From a virus: a stretch of 56,865 nt of DNA. Made by a program: the position numbers and the translations under genes. Where the stretch lies: the IMG/VR virus record IMGVR_UViG_3300023489_000004, positions 1-56,865 of that record. One strand, 5' to 3'. The notes under the pieces are model-generated. The model was given only the letters and a program-made list of their open reading frames with translations, was not told where the DNA came from and did no database searches. Shown here piece after piece: positions 10,049 to 17,764 of the stretch (position 1 is its first letter; each line of letters begins with the position of its first letter).

Positions 10049-10774
10049 ATGCTTCACGGTATTGATATCGCGTCATATCAGTCCGGTCTGAACCTTACTA
10101 CGGTCAAAGGCCAGATTGATTTCGTCGTGATTAAAGGTACTGAGGGTACGAATTACGTAAATCCCTACTGCGATCCACACTTCCAACAGGCGAAGCAAGC
10201 AGGCATCCTCAGAGGCGTATACCATTACGCTAAGGCTGGTAACGCTACCGCAGAGGCAAACTACTTCTGCGATAACTGTATCGGCTACAAGGGGGATGCC
10301 ATCCCGGTTCTTGACTGGGAAGAGAAGCAATCAGTCGCCTGGGTTAACGAGTGGGTCAAAGTCGTCCGTAGCCGCTGGGGGGTCTCCCCGATCATCTATG
10401 CAAATCCTTGGCGATTCAATCAAGGTGGCGTGGATAAGGAATGCGGACGATGGGTCGCTTCGTATCCAGCAGTATCTCACCCAACTTTCAAAATGGCCGA
10501 ATCGTGGGATTGTCCTGATGTAGACGGACTTGTTTGCATGTGGCAATTCTGCTCTGACGGTCGACTAAACGGCTATAATGGCAATCTTGATGCTGATCTC
10601 TTTTATGGAGACGCAAACGCCTGGGATGCCTATGCTGGAGTAAAGCCTGCTCAGACTCCCCAGCAACCTACAGCCAAACCTGAGCAACCATCGAACCAAG
10701 ATTCTTCGGACGATACAATTATCATCTCGAAGGGCGACGGTTCAAATCCTACTAAGTACAAGAAAATTTCTTAG
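10049..10774 (+). CDS. Endolysin, glycoside hydrolase family 25 muramidase
   Basis: HGIDIASYQ...DFVVIKGTEGTNYVNP...GVYHYA is a classical GH25 N-terminal signature. The C-terminus is Pro/Gln-rich with no recognisable wall-binding domain. Confidence 0.85.
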   Translation: MLHGIDIASYQSGLNLTTVKGQIDFVVIKGTEGTNYVNPYCDPHFQQAKQAGILRGVYHYAKAGNATAEANYFCDNCIGYKGDAIPVLDWEEKQSVAWVNEWVKVVRSRWGVSPIIYANPWRFNQGGVDKECGRWVASYPAVSHPTFKMAESWDCPDVDGLVCMWQFCSDGRLNGYNGNLDADLFYGDANAWDAYAGVKPAQTPQQPTAKPEQPSNQDSSDDTIIISKGDGSNPTKYKKIS

Positions 10775-10780
10775 TAGTTC

Positions 10781-10907
10781 AAAGTAAGAGGGTATCCTGG
10801 GGGCAATTCGTTAGTTCAAGACATCGTAGGTGTTCTTCGATTTAATTCTGTTCTTCTGTCCTTCCATTATTAAATCCAGAATTGTCCCTATGATGCCCTC
10901 TTACTTT
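10781..10907 (+). other. 127-nt imperfect long hairpin after the endolysin gene (terminator-like or processing site)
   Basis: AAAGTAAGAGGG (10781-10792) pairs with CCCTCTTACTTT (10896-10907). A second 10-bp helix pairs 10800-10809 with 10879-10888. Followed by TTTATTT. Confidence 0.4.
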
Positions 10908-10936
10908 ATTTGAGAAAACGTTGAAAGGAGTTTCTC

Positions 10937-11362
10937 ATGTCGCAGACGTACAACCCATATATTGGCCAGATTCCAGGTCAGCAACCAACTACACCACAGA
11001 CTTGGTTGCCGGGCAACCAGAATGTCACTCTGCCATATGTAACGCCCGCTCCAAAGCAGACCATTTTCGGTAAGATCGTTCAAAATGAGAGTCAGATTAC
11101 TCCGAATGATGTACCGATGGATGGAACAATTGCTCTTTTCCCGCTTCAGGACTTCTCCAAGATCATCGCAAAGCAGTGGACACCAAACGGTCTGATTCAG
11201 ACTCTTGAGTATCTTCCTGCGAATGCTAAGGACGACAATCCTACAGTCACTCTCGATGATGTAATGTCTCATATGGACGAACGTCTTGATCAGATTGAGG
11301 ATCTTTTCACTAAGCCTGATAAGGTAATGAGGAAGGGTGATAACAATGCTAAGTCCGCTTAA
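10937..11362 (+). CDS. Hypothetical protein
   Basis: ATG 6 nt after GAAAGGAG; 141-aa ORF. Confidence 0.6.
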   Translation: MSQTYNPYIGQIPGQQPTTPQTWLPGNQNVTLPYVTPAPKQTIFGKIVQNESQITPNDVPMDGTIALFPLQDFSKIIAKQWTPNGLIQTLEYLPANAKDDNPTVTLDDVMSHMDERLDQIEDLFTKPDKVMRKGDNNAKSA

Positions 11363-11555
11363 TGCTATTCTTAACATAGCACAGTCAAATCCTAATATCG
11401 CAAACAACCCTCAGGCCCAGGCAATGCTGAATGTCGTCAAGAGCGGCGATGCTCAGAAGGGCGAGGAGATTGCAAGGAACCTCTGCAACACTATGGGGAT
11501 CACTCCTGAGGAAGCAACCAAGCAGGCTGCTAACTTCTTCAACATCCCTCACTAA
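11346..11555 (+). CDS. Hypothetical protein
   Basis: ATG preceded by GAGGAAGGGTG. The ORF track starts 9 nt earlier at a GTG. Confidence 0.5.
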   Translation: MLSPLNAILNIAQSNPNIANNPQAQAMLNVVKSGDAQKGEEIARNLCNTMGITPEEATKQAANFFNIPH

Positions 11556-11581
11556 TATTTATCGAGCAAAGGATGGTAAAT

Positions 11582-11953
11582 ATGCCGTTTGACAAAACAG
11601 CAAGCATCTTGGATACAGTTAAGAAGACTTGTGGTCTGGGTTCAGACTACGATGCATTCGATCAGGATATTCTGGTTTTTCTAAACGCTGCCATCCTTGA
11701 TCTCACTCAAAATGGGATTGGTCCGTCTGATGGGTTTACGGTTACTGATTCCTCTCAGACATTTGAGGACTTCATCGGAGGGTTTAAGAACGTAGGAGCC
11801 GTGGCAACATATTTGTCACAGAAGACTCGTATTACATTCGACCCTCCGACTTCTTCATACGTTCTTGAGGCAATCAATAAAAATCTTGCTGAGCTCATTT
11901 GGCGACTAAATCTCGAAGCTGAAAATACGAGTAATTCTGACGTTACCTCGTAA
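11582..11953 (+). CDS. Hypothetical protein (weak resemblance to gp6-like head-tail connector)
   Basis: AAAGGA lies 8 nt upstream of ATG 11582 (alternative ATG at 11573). The functional resemblance is only a subjective pattern match. Confidence 0.4.
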   Translation: MPFDKTASILDTVKKTCGLGSDYDAFDQDILVFLNAAILDLTQNGIGPSDGFTVTDSSQTFEDFIGGFKNVGAVATYLSQKTRITFDPPTSSYVLEAINKNLAELIWRLNLEAENTSNSDVTS

Positions 11954-12066
11954 ACTCAGTTAGTTCATATTCTCGGACTAGATTTGGAATAGTGCAGATC
12001 CGACGCTTCGTCAGCAAATGAAGTCTCAGCTAACTTCTTTGGTTAACGAGATGTCTTAGCCTAAAG

Positions 12067-12402
12067 ATGGATACGTTCAAATTAGGTGATGATATTTGGC
12101 GTATCCAATATGTTGATTACAATGATCCGATTCTCGTGGATCGTACTGGTAAAACCACAGTCGCTGTGACTGATCTAGAGACAATGACAGTTTATATATC
12201 AAACCAAATCTCTGGAGAATTTCTAACCAAGGTACTGATTCACGAGATCGGTCATTGTATCATATTTAGCTTCCATTTACTTGATGATATTCATCAAATG
12301 GTCCATCCGCGGTACTGGGTGGAAGCTGAAGAATGGCTATGCAATTTTGTAGCTGACTATGGAGTTTATATTTTACAGACATTAAAGCTAATAGGGAGGT
12401 AG
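12067..12402 (+). CDS. Small HExxH zinc-metallopeptidase-like protein (ImmA/IrrE/M78-like)
   Basis: HEIGH motif in a TVYISNQISGEFLTKVLIHEIGHCII context. Weak RBS. Confidence 0.45.
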   Translation: MDTFKLGDDIWRIQYVDYNDPILVDRTGKTTVAVTDLETMTVYISNQISGEFLTKVLIHEIGHCIIFSFHLLDDIHQMVHPRYWVEAEEWLCNFVADYGVYILQTLKLIGR

Positions 12403-12410
12403 CAACAGGG

Positions 12411-12755
12411 ATGGACTTAACTCAGTGTGTTGTTACTATTGCGTGTGCTATTATTGCATCTTCTGGGTTCTGGAGCGTTATTATGAAGCGCATGGACCAG
12501 AGGGAAGAGGAAAAGCGTGCTCGCGAAGAGATTGCTACTCAAAATCGAGAGGCGCAGAAGAAACTACTTATTGGACTTGCCCATGATCGTATTATCACTC
12601 TCGGCATGACCTATATCGAACGAGGTTATATTACCAAGGACGAGTATGAAAATTTCTTTACATATCTGTATGAGCCATACGTGGAAAACGGTGGAAACGG
12701 ATCGGGTAGTAAAGTAGCCAATGAGTTAAAGAAACTTCCTATTAGGAATTCTTAA
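12411..12755 (+). CDS. Membrane-anchored protein of the lysis region
   Basis: N-terminal TM helix (VVTIACAIIASSGFWSVIM) followed by a charged coiled region. Lies upstream of the holin. Confidence 0.5.
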   Translation: MDLTQCVVTIACAIIASSGFWSVIMKRMDQREEEKRAREEIATQNREAQKKLLIGLAHDRIITLGMTYIERGYITKDEYENFFTYLYEPYVENGGNGSGSKVANELKKLPIRNS

Positions 12756-12766
12756 GGAGAAAAAAC

Positions 12767-13114
12767 ATGGTTCTTGACGACAAGACATATAAGGTTGCTA
12801 AGTATGTTACTAACATTGTTCTTCCTGCTATTGCTACTCTGTATCTGGCCATTAGCGGCGTTCTGGTCCAGGGTGGACTTCCTGGTCTACCTTATCCTGA
12901 TGTTGTGGCTGGTGTTATTACTGCTGTAGTAACCTTCCTCGGTACTATCCTTCATATTTCTTCGAACAATTATACTGGTCAGGGTGAGCTTACCGTCGAC
13001 GAGTCTAAGAACGAAGATGATGAGGACAAGTATCAGCTCGTTCTGCATGAGGATCTCCCCTCGTTGGCTAAGAACGATAAGTTCGTAGTGACGGTCAATA
13101 AGACGCAGAATTAA
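12767..13114 (+). CDS. Holin (phi-LC3/Dp-1-like family) with C-terminal acidic extension
   Basis: KVAKYVTNIVLPAIATLYLAISGV...VITAVVTFLGTILHIS matches the two-TM pattern of Phage_holin_1-type holins. Strong RBS. Confidence 0.65.
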   Translation: MVLDDKTYKVAKYVTNIVLPAIATLYLAISGVLVQGGLPGLPYPDVVAGVITAVVTFLGTILHISSNNYTGQGELTVDESKNEDDEDKYQLVLHEDLPSLAKNDKFVVTVNKTQN

Positions 13115-13127
13115 CACATGCTATAAT
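13103..13127 (+). promoter_or_regulatory. Early-type promoter motif (CGCA-N14-TATAAT)
   Basis: ACGCAGAATTAACACATGCTATAAT, with the same 14-nt spacing as the other copies. Confidence 0.5.
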
Positions 13128-13155
13128 GAGGAGTCATATCTTGAAAGGATGCAAA

Positions 13156-13473
13156 ATGGATATTTTCACCGAAGCAATTAATGGTATTAAGACGTTCTTT
13201 GCTAATCCGTTGGACGACGAGATCAATTCGGTTTATGAAGAGATGGCTTACGAGCATAGTGATACGGACAAGTATACGAAAATGTTGGATAACTTAGAGA
13301 AGCTCGAGAGGATCAAGAGTAACCAGAAGTTTAAGCTGGACTTTGATTTCTCCGGCATCGCTAAGGAATTCGTCAAGATCGGCGGTTCGTTACTTTGCAT
13401 CGTAGCTATCAAGAAGATTGAAGACGAGATCGCTTTGACTGGTAAAGCACCGATGTTTATTCCGAAATTCTAG
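13156..13473 (+). CDS. Hypothetical protein with C-terminal TM segment
   Basis: ATG 6 nt after TTGAAAGGA and downstream of the promoter at 13103. The track's upstream ATG at 13126 overlaps the -10 hexamer (13122-13127), upstream of the expected start site. Confidence 0.55.
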   Translation: MDIFTEAINGIKTFFANPLDDEINSVYEEMAYEHSDTDKYTKMLDNLEKLERIKSNQKFKLDFDFSGIAKEFVKIGGSLLCIVAIKKIEDEIALTGKAPMFIPKF

Positions 13474-13510
13474 TTGAAGTATTTTTAGTATTTATTAGAA
13501 CGACTCCTGA

Positions 13511-13550
13511 AAAGGATATGCCGCGTAGATTATACGCCATATCCTTTTTT
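13511..13550 (+). terminator. Intrinsic terminator
   Basis: AAAGGATATG..GCGTA/TACGC..CATATCCTTT stem followed by T-run. Confidence 0.7.
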
Positions 13551-13552
13551 GC

Positions 13553-13577
13553 TCGCGAGAATTTCACACGGTATAAT
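13553..13577 (+). promoter_or_regulatory. Early promoter P1 (TCGCG-N14-TATAAT)
   Basis: CTCGCGAGAATTTCACACGGTATAAT; about 40 nt nearly identical to P2 and P3. Confidence 0.6.
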
Positions 13578-13583
13578 AGAAGG

Positions 13584-13662
13584 AGATAGGCGAACTATCT
13601 TAAATGTAAGATCGAATCAGAGCAAAATCTGACTTAGATCTACGTCCTTCTTTTTTTTTTTT
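13584..13662 (+). ncRNA. Candidate short phage RNA 1 (~79 nt)
   Basis: No ORF (ATG-TAA only). Hairpins AGATAG/CTATCT, GTAAGATC/GATCTAC and CAGA/TCTG, then GTCCTTC followed by T12. Confidence 0.35.
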
Positions 13663-13667
13663 ATCGC

Positions 13668-13692
13668 TCGCGAAATTTTCACACGGTATAAT
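13668..13692 (+). promoter_or_regulatory. Early promoter P2
   Basis: CTCGCGAAATTTTCACACGGTATAAT. Confidence 0.6.
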
Positions 13693-13698
13693 AGAAGG

Positions 13699-13798
13699 AG
13701 AGATAAAATGCCACGCCATTTTGGTAGGTATCCGGTATTAAAACGAGCGCCGTTATTGCTAGCGGAAGGTGTAATTAGCAACTCTTTCTTTTTTTTTT
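13699..13798 (+). ncRNA. Candidate short phage RNA 2 (~100 nt)
   Basis: Hairpins AAAATG/CATTTT and TTGCTA/TAGCAA, then CTCTTTC followed by T10. Confidence 0.3.
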
Positions 13799-13803
13799 AT
13801 TAT

Positions 13804-13828
13804 TCGCGAAAATATCACACGGTATAAT
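13804..13828 (+). promoter_or_regulatory. Early promoter P3
   Basis: TTCGCGAAAATATCACACGGTATAAT. Confidence 0.6.
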
Positions 13829-13834
13829 AGAAGG

Positions 13835-13910
13835 AGATAATTGATTAGGAAGTTGAGATTATCTTAAACGTAGCATTATGCTTGTGCTATATCCTTCTTT
13901 ATATTTTTCA
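13835..13910 (+). ncRNA. Candidate short phage RNA 3 (~76 nt)
   Basis: Hairpins GATAAT/ATTATC and TAGCA/TGCTA, then TATCCTTCTTTATATTTTT. Confidence 0.3.
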
Positions 13911-14001
13911 GATGGTTGAATCATAGACTCTGGTAAGTAGTATTATCTCACCATTTGCTTTTTTGTAAAAATATTTTACAACTATTGAAAGGAGTATCAC
14001 T

Positions 14002-14310
14002 ATGTTAATGAAGGATTTGGAAGGTACAAAAATAAAAGTTCGGTCAAGGCTGTATCAACAGTTGTTATTCGCTTTTTTGAACAAAAAAAAAAAAGAAAGA
14101 GATCCTGTCTACAAATCAGCAAGTAGTAAAGCACGATCAGAAGAGTATGACAAATGGTATAATAGTGTTAAACGAGAGTACGACAATCTTACTCTACAAC
14201 AACTCTTAGACAAGTTAAACATTCAACGCCCTGAAGAAATTAAGCAATTTAGGTGTTGTGGAGACGGGACCGTTGCAGAATTAAAAAAGCTATTGAAAGG
14301 AATCGAATGA
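14002..14310 (+). CDS. Hypothetical protein (Lys-rich; contains an A12 homopolymer at 14083-14094)
   Basis: ATG after TTGAAAGGAG; 102 aa. Confidence 0.6.
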   Translation: MLMKDLEGTKIKVRSRLYQQLLFAFLNKKKKERDPVYKSASSKARSEEYDKWYNSVKREYDNLTLQQLLDKLNIQRPEEIKQFRCCGDGTVAELKKLLKGIE

Positions 14311-14358
14311 TTTAGACCTTAATTCACACGGATAATTAGACACTTGTAAGGAGTAACC

Positions 14359-14625
14359 ATGAACGACAAGCTTTTATTTACCTATTATGATGCCAAATTT
14401 CTTATCGATTGGTGGAATTCGAAATTAACCCACAAAGGACGAGTAATGGTGGCTGATCTAGAAGGTCTGCTTTCTATCCAACTTCCCTATGACCGTTATT
14501 TAGAGTGGTTCAATCCGTTAACTATGGATTACTTTAAGCTTGACGAATGCGGATATTATGCTTTAACACTTCCCGATCCCAAAGAATCAAGCATTTATTC
14601 AATTCGAGTTTCTAAACGGATCTAG
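14359..14625 (+). CDS. Hypothetical protein, paralogue of 18309..18584
   Basis: Shared LIDWWN..L...GRVM motif; RBS AAGGAG. Confidence 0.6.
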   Translation: MNDKLLFTYYDAKFLIDWWNSKLTHKGRVMVADLEGLLSIQLPYDRYLEWFNPLTMDYFKLDECGYYALTLPDPKESSIYSIRVSKRI

Positions 14626-14641
14626 CATTTACTATTATCTA

Positions 14642-14849
14642 GAGAGAAATGAATGGTTTGGAATTGACAAGCATAACGAGCCGATTAACCCAAAGAAAGT
14701 AGATATTCTTGTAAAAAAGCATGATCTAAAGAAAGAAGCGTTGCCATTTTTGCTAGATTATACGGCAGATTCGCTAAAAGACACTTCGGAAGCTTGGCGA
14801 TATATGAATAAAGAACTTAAGATTATTAATGATATTAGGAACCAAGGAT
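14642..14849 (+). pseudogene. Start-less ORF (possible frameshifted small gene)
   Basis: A 69-codon open frame (EWFGIDKHNEPINPKK...) has no ATG, GTG or TTG near its 5' end. An ATG at 14649 lies in another frame and stops after 17 codons. Confidence 0.3.
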
Positions 14850-14857
14850 GATCTAAA

Positions 14858-15067
14858 ATGGATTACTACAGCTTTTGCGAATTGCAGCCTGGAGATTTGG
14901 TCGCAGCTAATCGAGGACGGTTCAAGGGTCGAATGTTCGAAGTCTAGTCCGTAGACTATGATGAAGAAACTGCTAGGGTTGTATGGTCTACGGCAAACGA
15001 AGCCCTTCCTCCTGATCCGATCCCCGTTATGGACTACGGACGTTATAGTATTGATTCTTTGTATTAA
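14858..15067 (+). pseudogene. Small gene interrupted by in-frame TAG (14945-14947)
   Basis: Reads MDYYSFCELQPGDLVAANRGRFKGRMFEV, then the stop, then SVDYDEETARVVW... as one coherent frame. The distal part has no start of its own. Confidence 0.4.
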
Positions 15068-15076
15068 GGAGCAATA

Positions 15077-15268
15077 ATGAATGACGAAGAGCGTCTATGG
15101 TTGGTTCGTTGTCCCTTATGTGGTAAAGCGATAGCCTTGGCTACTATATTAGATATGTATGATCAAAGCTTCTGGTGTAGTAACTGTTCACGAGGAGTTT
15201 ATATTGATCCACTACGCCCACAACGAGTAATACCTCGCAGAAAAAATACATCGTATAATGACATATAA
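15077..15268 (+). CDS. Small zinc-ribbon protein
   Basis: CPLCG...CSNCS pairs; RBS AAGGAG. Confidence 0.6.
   Translation: MNDEERLWLVRCPLCGKAIALATILDMYDQSFWCSNCSRGVYIDPLRPQRVIPRRKNTSYNDI
15235..15259 (+). promoter_or_regulatory. Early-type promoter motif (CGCA-N14-TATAAT)
   Basis: TCGCAGAAAAAATACATCGTATAAT, inside the 3' end of the upstream ORF. Confidence 0.5.
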
Positions 15269-15289
15269 AGACTTTTGAAAGGAGTCGTA

Positions 15290-15502
15290 ATGGAACTTAC
15301 ACGAGACGAGATTCTTATTCTCATTGATCATTACACCAATCTTAAGTTTGACATTGAGAATCGTATGACCGAATTCGAGAGAGATTGTATCAATCTTCTT
15401 GATGACGATCTGTTCAACACTCAACGCAAACGTTACAAGAACATGCTAGATGGGTATAAGATTCGCATCGGCGAGTTACAAACCGAACTTGACATTCTTT
15501 AG
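15290..15502 (+). CDS. Small coiled-coil protein (paralogue family with 15567, 15908 and 25258)
   Basis: ATG after TTGAAAGGAG; the track's TTG start lies inside the RBS. Confidence 0.6.
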   Translation: MELTRDEILILIDHYTNLKFDIENRMTEFERDCINLLDDDLFNTQRKRYKNMLDGYKIRIGELQTELDIL

Positions 15503-15511
15503 TTTGTCATG

Positions 15512-15550
15512 GAGAAGAGTTTATAGAAATATAAGCTCTTCTCTTTTTCT
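15512..15550 (+). terminator. Intrinsic terminator
   Basis: GAGAAGAG...CTCTTCTC followed by TTTTTCTT. Confidence 0.6.
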
Positions 15551-15566
15551 TTGAAAGGAGATAACC

Positions 15567-15905
15567 ATGAAAATTGATCTAACCCTTCACGATATTGAAC
15601 GAATCATTGCCGGATACAAACTCGAAAAATCTGAACTTGACAAGAAACGCGAAGAACTCAAAGATGAACTAAAGAACAATAAGTTTTTAGACGAACATTA
15701 TGAAGATAGATTAGAAGTTCTAGACACCCAATGGATGGAAGTTCAATCTAGGCTTATGTATTTCCTCATACTATTCGAAAAGCGTAGTGCCTATATGAAC
15801 GCGCTTAATGCTATTTACGGCATTAATAACGTTAAAGAACCAGTACCCGACTATACCGAAGAAGAACTGCTTAAAAAGTTAACGTCTAATCAAAAGGAGA
15901 GCTAA
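15567..15905 (+). CDS. Small coiled-coil protein (paralogue family)
   Basis: The N-terminus MKIDLTLHDIERIIAGYKLEKSEL resembles that of 15908. Confidence 0.6.
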   Translation: MKIDLTLHDIERIIAGYKLEKSELDKKREELKDELKNNKFLDEHYEDRLEVLDTQWMEVQSRLMYFLILFEKRSAYMNALNAIYGINNVKEPVPDYTEEELLKKLTSNQKES

Positions 15906-15907
15906 CC

Positions 15908-16282
15908 ATGAAGATCGATATTAAACCGAGTGAGTTTAAAGCCATTATCAAGAGCTATGAGGCAGAACTAGAAAATCTCAATAAACAATATTGGAGTTTG
16001 GAAAACGTGTATTATGATTATATGCAATACATGTCGATTCATGACGAGCGAACGGATAAAAAAGTCGAAGTGTCTAAACGCATTAATGAAATCAAACCTC
16101 GACTTGCGCATCTAAAAGCCACATACGAATCTCTTATAAATGACGTAAGACTCGTATACCATATTGATGGTGCGAACGGCATTCGTAGAAAGTCCCAGGT
16201 CTATGAAGATATGACGATAGATGACGCCGCAGAATTGCTTGATGAGATTGAATCTCGTAAGGAGGCTGAGGGTGGACATTAG
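15908..16282 (+). CDS. Small coiled-coil protein (paralogue family)
   Basis: MKIDIKPSEFKAIIKSYEAELENL; RBS AAGGAGAG. Confidence 0.6.
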   Translation: MKIDIKPSEFKAIIKSYEAELENLNKQYWSLENVYYDYMQYMSIHDERTDKKVEVSKRINEIKPRLAHLKATYESLINDVRLVYHIDGANGIRRKSQVYEDMTIDDAAELLDEIESRKEAEGGH

Positions 16283-16283
16283 C

Positions 16284-16562
16284 ATGAATCATTCTGACTA
16301 TTCGGTTGTCCGAGTTTATGATAATGCAGGACATCTTTCCGGTATTAGAATCATATTGAATAACTACAAGGTCTCCGATAATTCTGCTGAAGTACGGTCT
16401 GTAACTCTTATTTATGCAGTAAAGGAGCAGCAATGGTTTGCGGAAATTCCACTTAAGGACGGGGCTATCGCATTGGAACCCGGACGAGCATTCGCTATTG
16501 CTAATTCTATGGGTTTGGCTGACAAAATTATTAACGATACGGTTAAGGAAGAAGGTTTGTAA
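16284..16562 (+). CDS. Hypothetical protein
   Basis: In-frame ATG just after the upstream stop; the track starts earlier at an alternative codon. Confidence 0.5.
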   Translation: MNHSDYSVVRVYDNAGHLSGIRIILNNYKVSDNSAEVRSVTLIYAVKEQQWFAEIPLKDGAIALEPGRAFAIANSMGLADKIINDTVKEEGL

Positions 16563-16765
16563 TGGAATATACTGTAAAAATTTCCTCCAGTGCAACAAAT
16601 GAATCAGCTAGATACGTTGATATTTTGCAACAAACCTTCGAGATAATTATGGAGGATTCGACGCTAAACGGATATGAACTAGCCGGAATTTCCGACTATA
16701 TGCGACAATTATGCACACAGATGGACGACGTAGCTCGTAAGCGGAAGGATCTATGGGATGAGTAG
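16562..16765 (+). CDS. Hypothetical protein
   Basis: ATG overlaps the upstream stop (TAATG). Confidence 0.55.
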   Translation: MEYTVKISSSATNESARYVDILQQTFEIIMEDSTLNGYELAGISDYMRQLCTQMDDVARKRKDLWDE

Positions 16766-17222
16766 CTGGACTTATGTTCAAGGTTTGATTGAATTGGACG
16801 TTCCTGGACGAACCCAAGCTGAGAAGAATTATATTCTACAGACTGTAATTGATCATCTTCCAAAAGTTACTGGTTCAGAAAAGTCTATGAATATTTATAC
16901 GATTCAAACTGCTGGACATGATTCGTGGCAAAATTTCGACGAGTTTTATAATCGAGTAGAAGATTTCAGAACTCAAAGTCGATACTTTCTCGTTCTCGAT
17001 GGCAATCTGAGGGATCGTCATTATAAAGACACATTCAAAGAACTGAACAAATTCCTAAATCGACTTGGAAAACGCCTTATGGTCGATTCTGTTTATGTAC
17101 GACTTTATAATTACGAACATTCACACATATTTACAAATAAAAATAATTGCTATGGAAACATGTTCGACAGCGAAGATCCTTGGTATAACTATCTGATGTG
17201 GGAGTTTGAAGATGAAGACTAA
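16758..17222 (+). CDS. Hypothetical protein
   Basis: 154-aa ORF; GGAAGGA lies 8 nt upstream. Confidence 0.6.
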   Translation: MSSWTYVQGLIELDVPGRTQAEKNYILQTVIDHLPKVTGSEKSMNIYTIQTAGHDSWQNFDEFYNRVEDFRTQSRYFLVLDGNLRDRHYKDTFKELNKFLNRLGKRLMVDSVYVRLYNYEHSHIFTNKNNCYGNMFDSEDPWYNYLMWEFEDED

Positions 17223-17391
17223 GCAGCGTGCGGTAAAGATACATTACAGCGGCAACGGATGTTGGGGATACGACGATCTCGTCAAAGCATTACGTGAAGG
17301 CTGGTTCGTCAAACGGATGGACCATCTGTACAACCATGAGGGCAAGGCAGTCTCCAATGTCTATATTCTAGAGAAAGAGGTTGAAGCATGA
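17212..17391 (+). CDS. Small protein, paralogue of 17388..17579
   Basis: Shared ..GW.V......VYILEKE C-terminus. Confidence 0.55.
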   Translation: MKTKQRAVKIHYSGNGCWGYDDLVKALREGWFVKRMDHLYNHEGKAVSNVYILEKEVEA

Positions 17392-17579
17392 TCGAGCATC
17401 AAGCAGTATGGGTGTTTTGGGATAACAATAAACTGGTAAACGCCGACTATCTTAGAGAGCGTCTTGACGATGGTTGGATCGTTTTCAAATCAGATTTATT
17501 GTCCGATGAGGATTGGCCAGATACGGTCATCTATATTCTAGAGAAAGAGTCTACAAATAATGGAGAACAAAATAATTGA
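17388..17579 (+). CDS. Small protein, paralogue of 17212..17391
   Basis: ATGA overlap with the upstream gene; C-terminus DGWIVFKSD...VIYILEKE. Confidence 0.55.
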   Translation: MIEHQAVWVFWDNNKLVNADYLRERLDDGWIVFKSDLLSDEDWPDTVIYILEKESTNNGEQNN

Positions 17580-17751
17580 TGCTTTTCTAGTTATTATAAT
17601 AATTGAATGTTTTTTAGCCTTATTTTTAGTAACGTATATTCTGATACAAATTGTCGTTTGCAATTATAAAACATGGAAACGAAATAAAGCCGAAGAAGAT
17701 CGTTATCGCAAAATGGAAGATAAATTCAAAAATCGTAAACTGACTGATTAA
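17560..17751 (+). CDS. Small membrane protein
   Basis: One hydrophobic helix (FLVIIIIECFLALFLVTYILIQIVV). Confidence 0.45.
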   Translation: MENKIIDAFLVIIIIECFLALFLVTYILIQIVVCNYKTWKRNKAEEDRYRKMEDKFKNRKLTD

Positions 17752-17764
17752 AAGGAGACTATAA

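Noticed and set aside
13708-13827. A 39-codon ORF (MPRHFGRYPVLKRAPLLL...) with a good SD inside candidate sRNA unit 2.
   Set aside because: It reads straight through the T10 terminator tract and the next promoter. It ends inside that promoter's TATAAT box (stop TAA at 13825-13827). Its composition comes from the poly-T (FFFFYY). Units 1 and 3 have no equivalent ORF.
13553-13910. The three roughly 40-nt direct repeats with unique spacers could be mistaken for a CRISPR-like array.
   Set aside because: The repeats contain a perfect TATAAT promoter and SD-like box. The spacers are 75-100 nt and end in T-tracts. There are only three copies and no cas genes.
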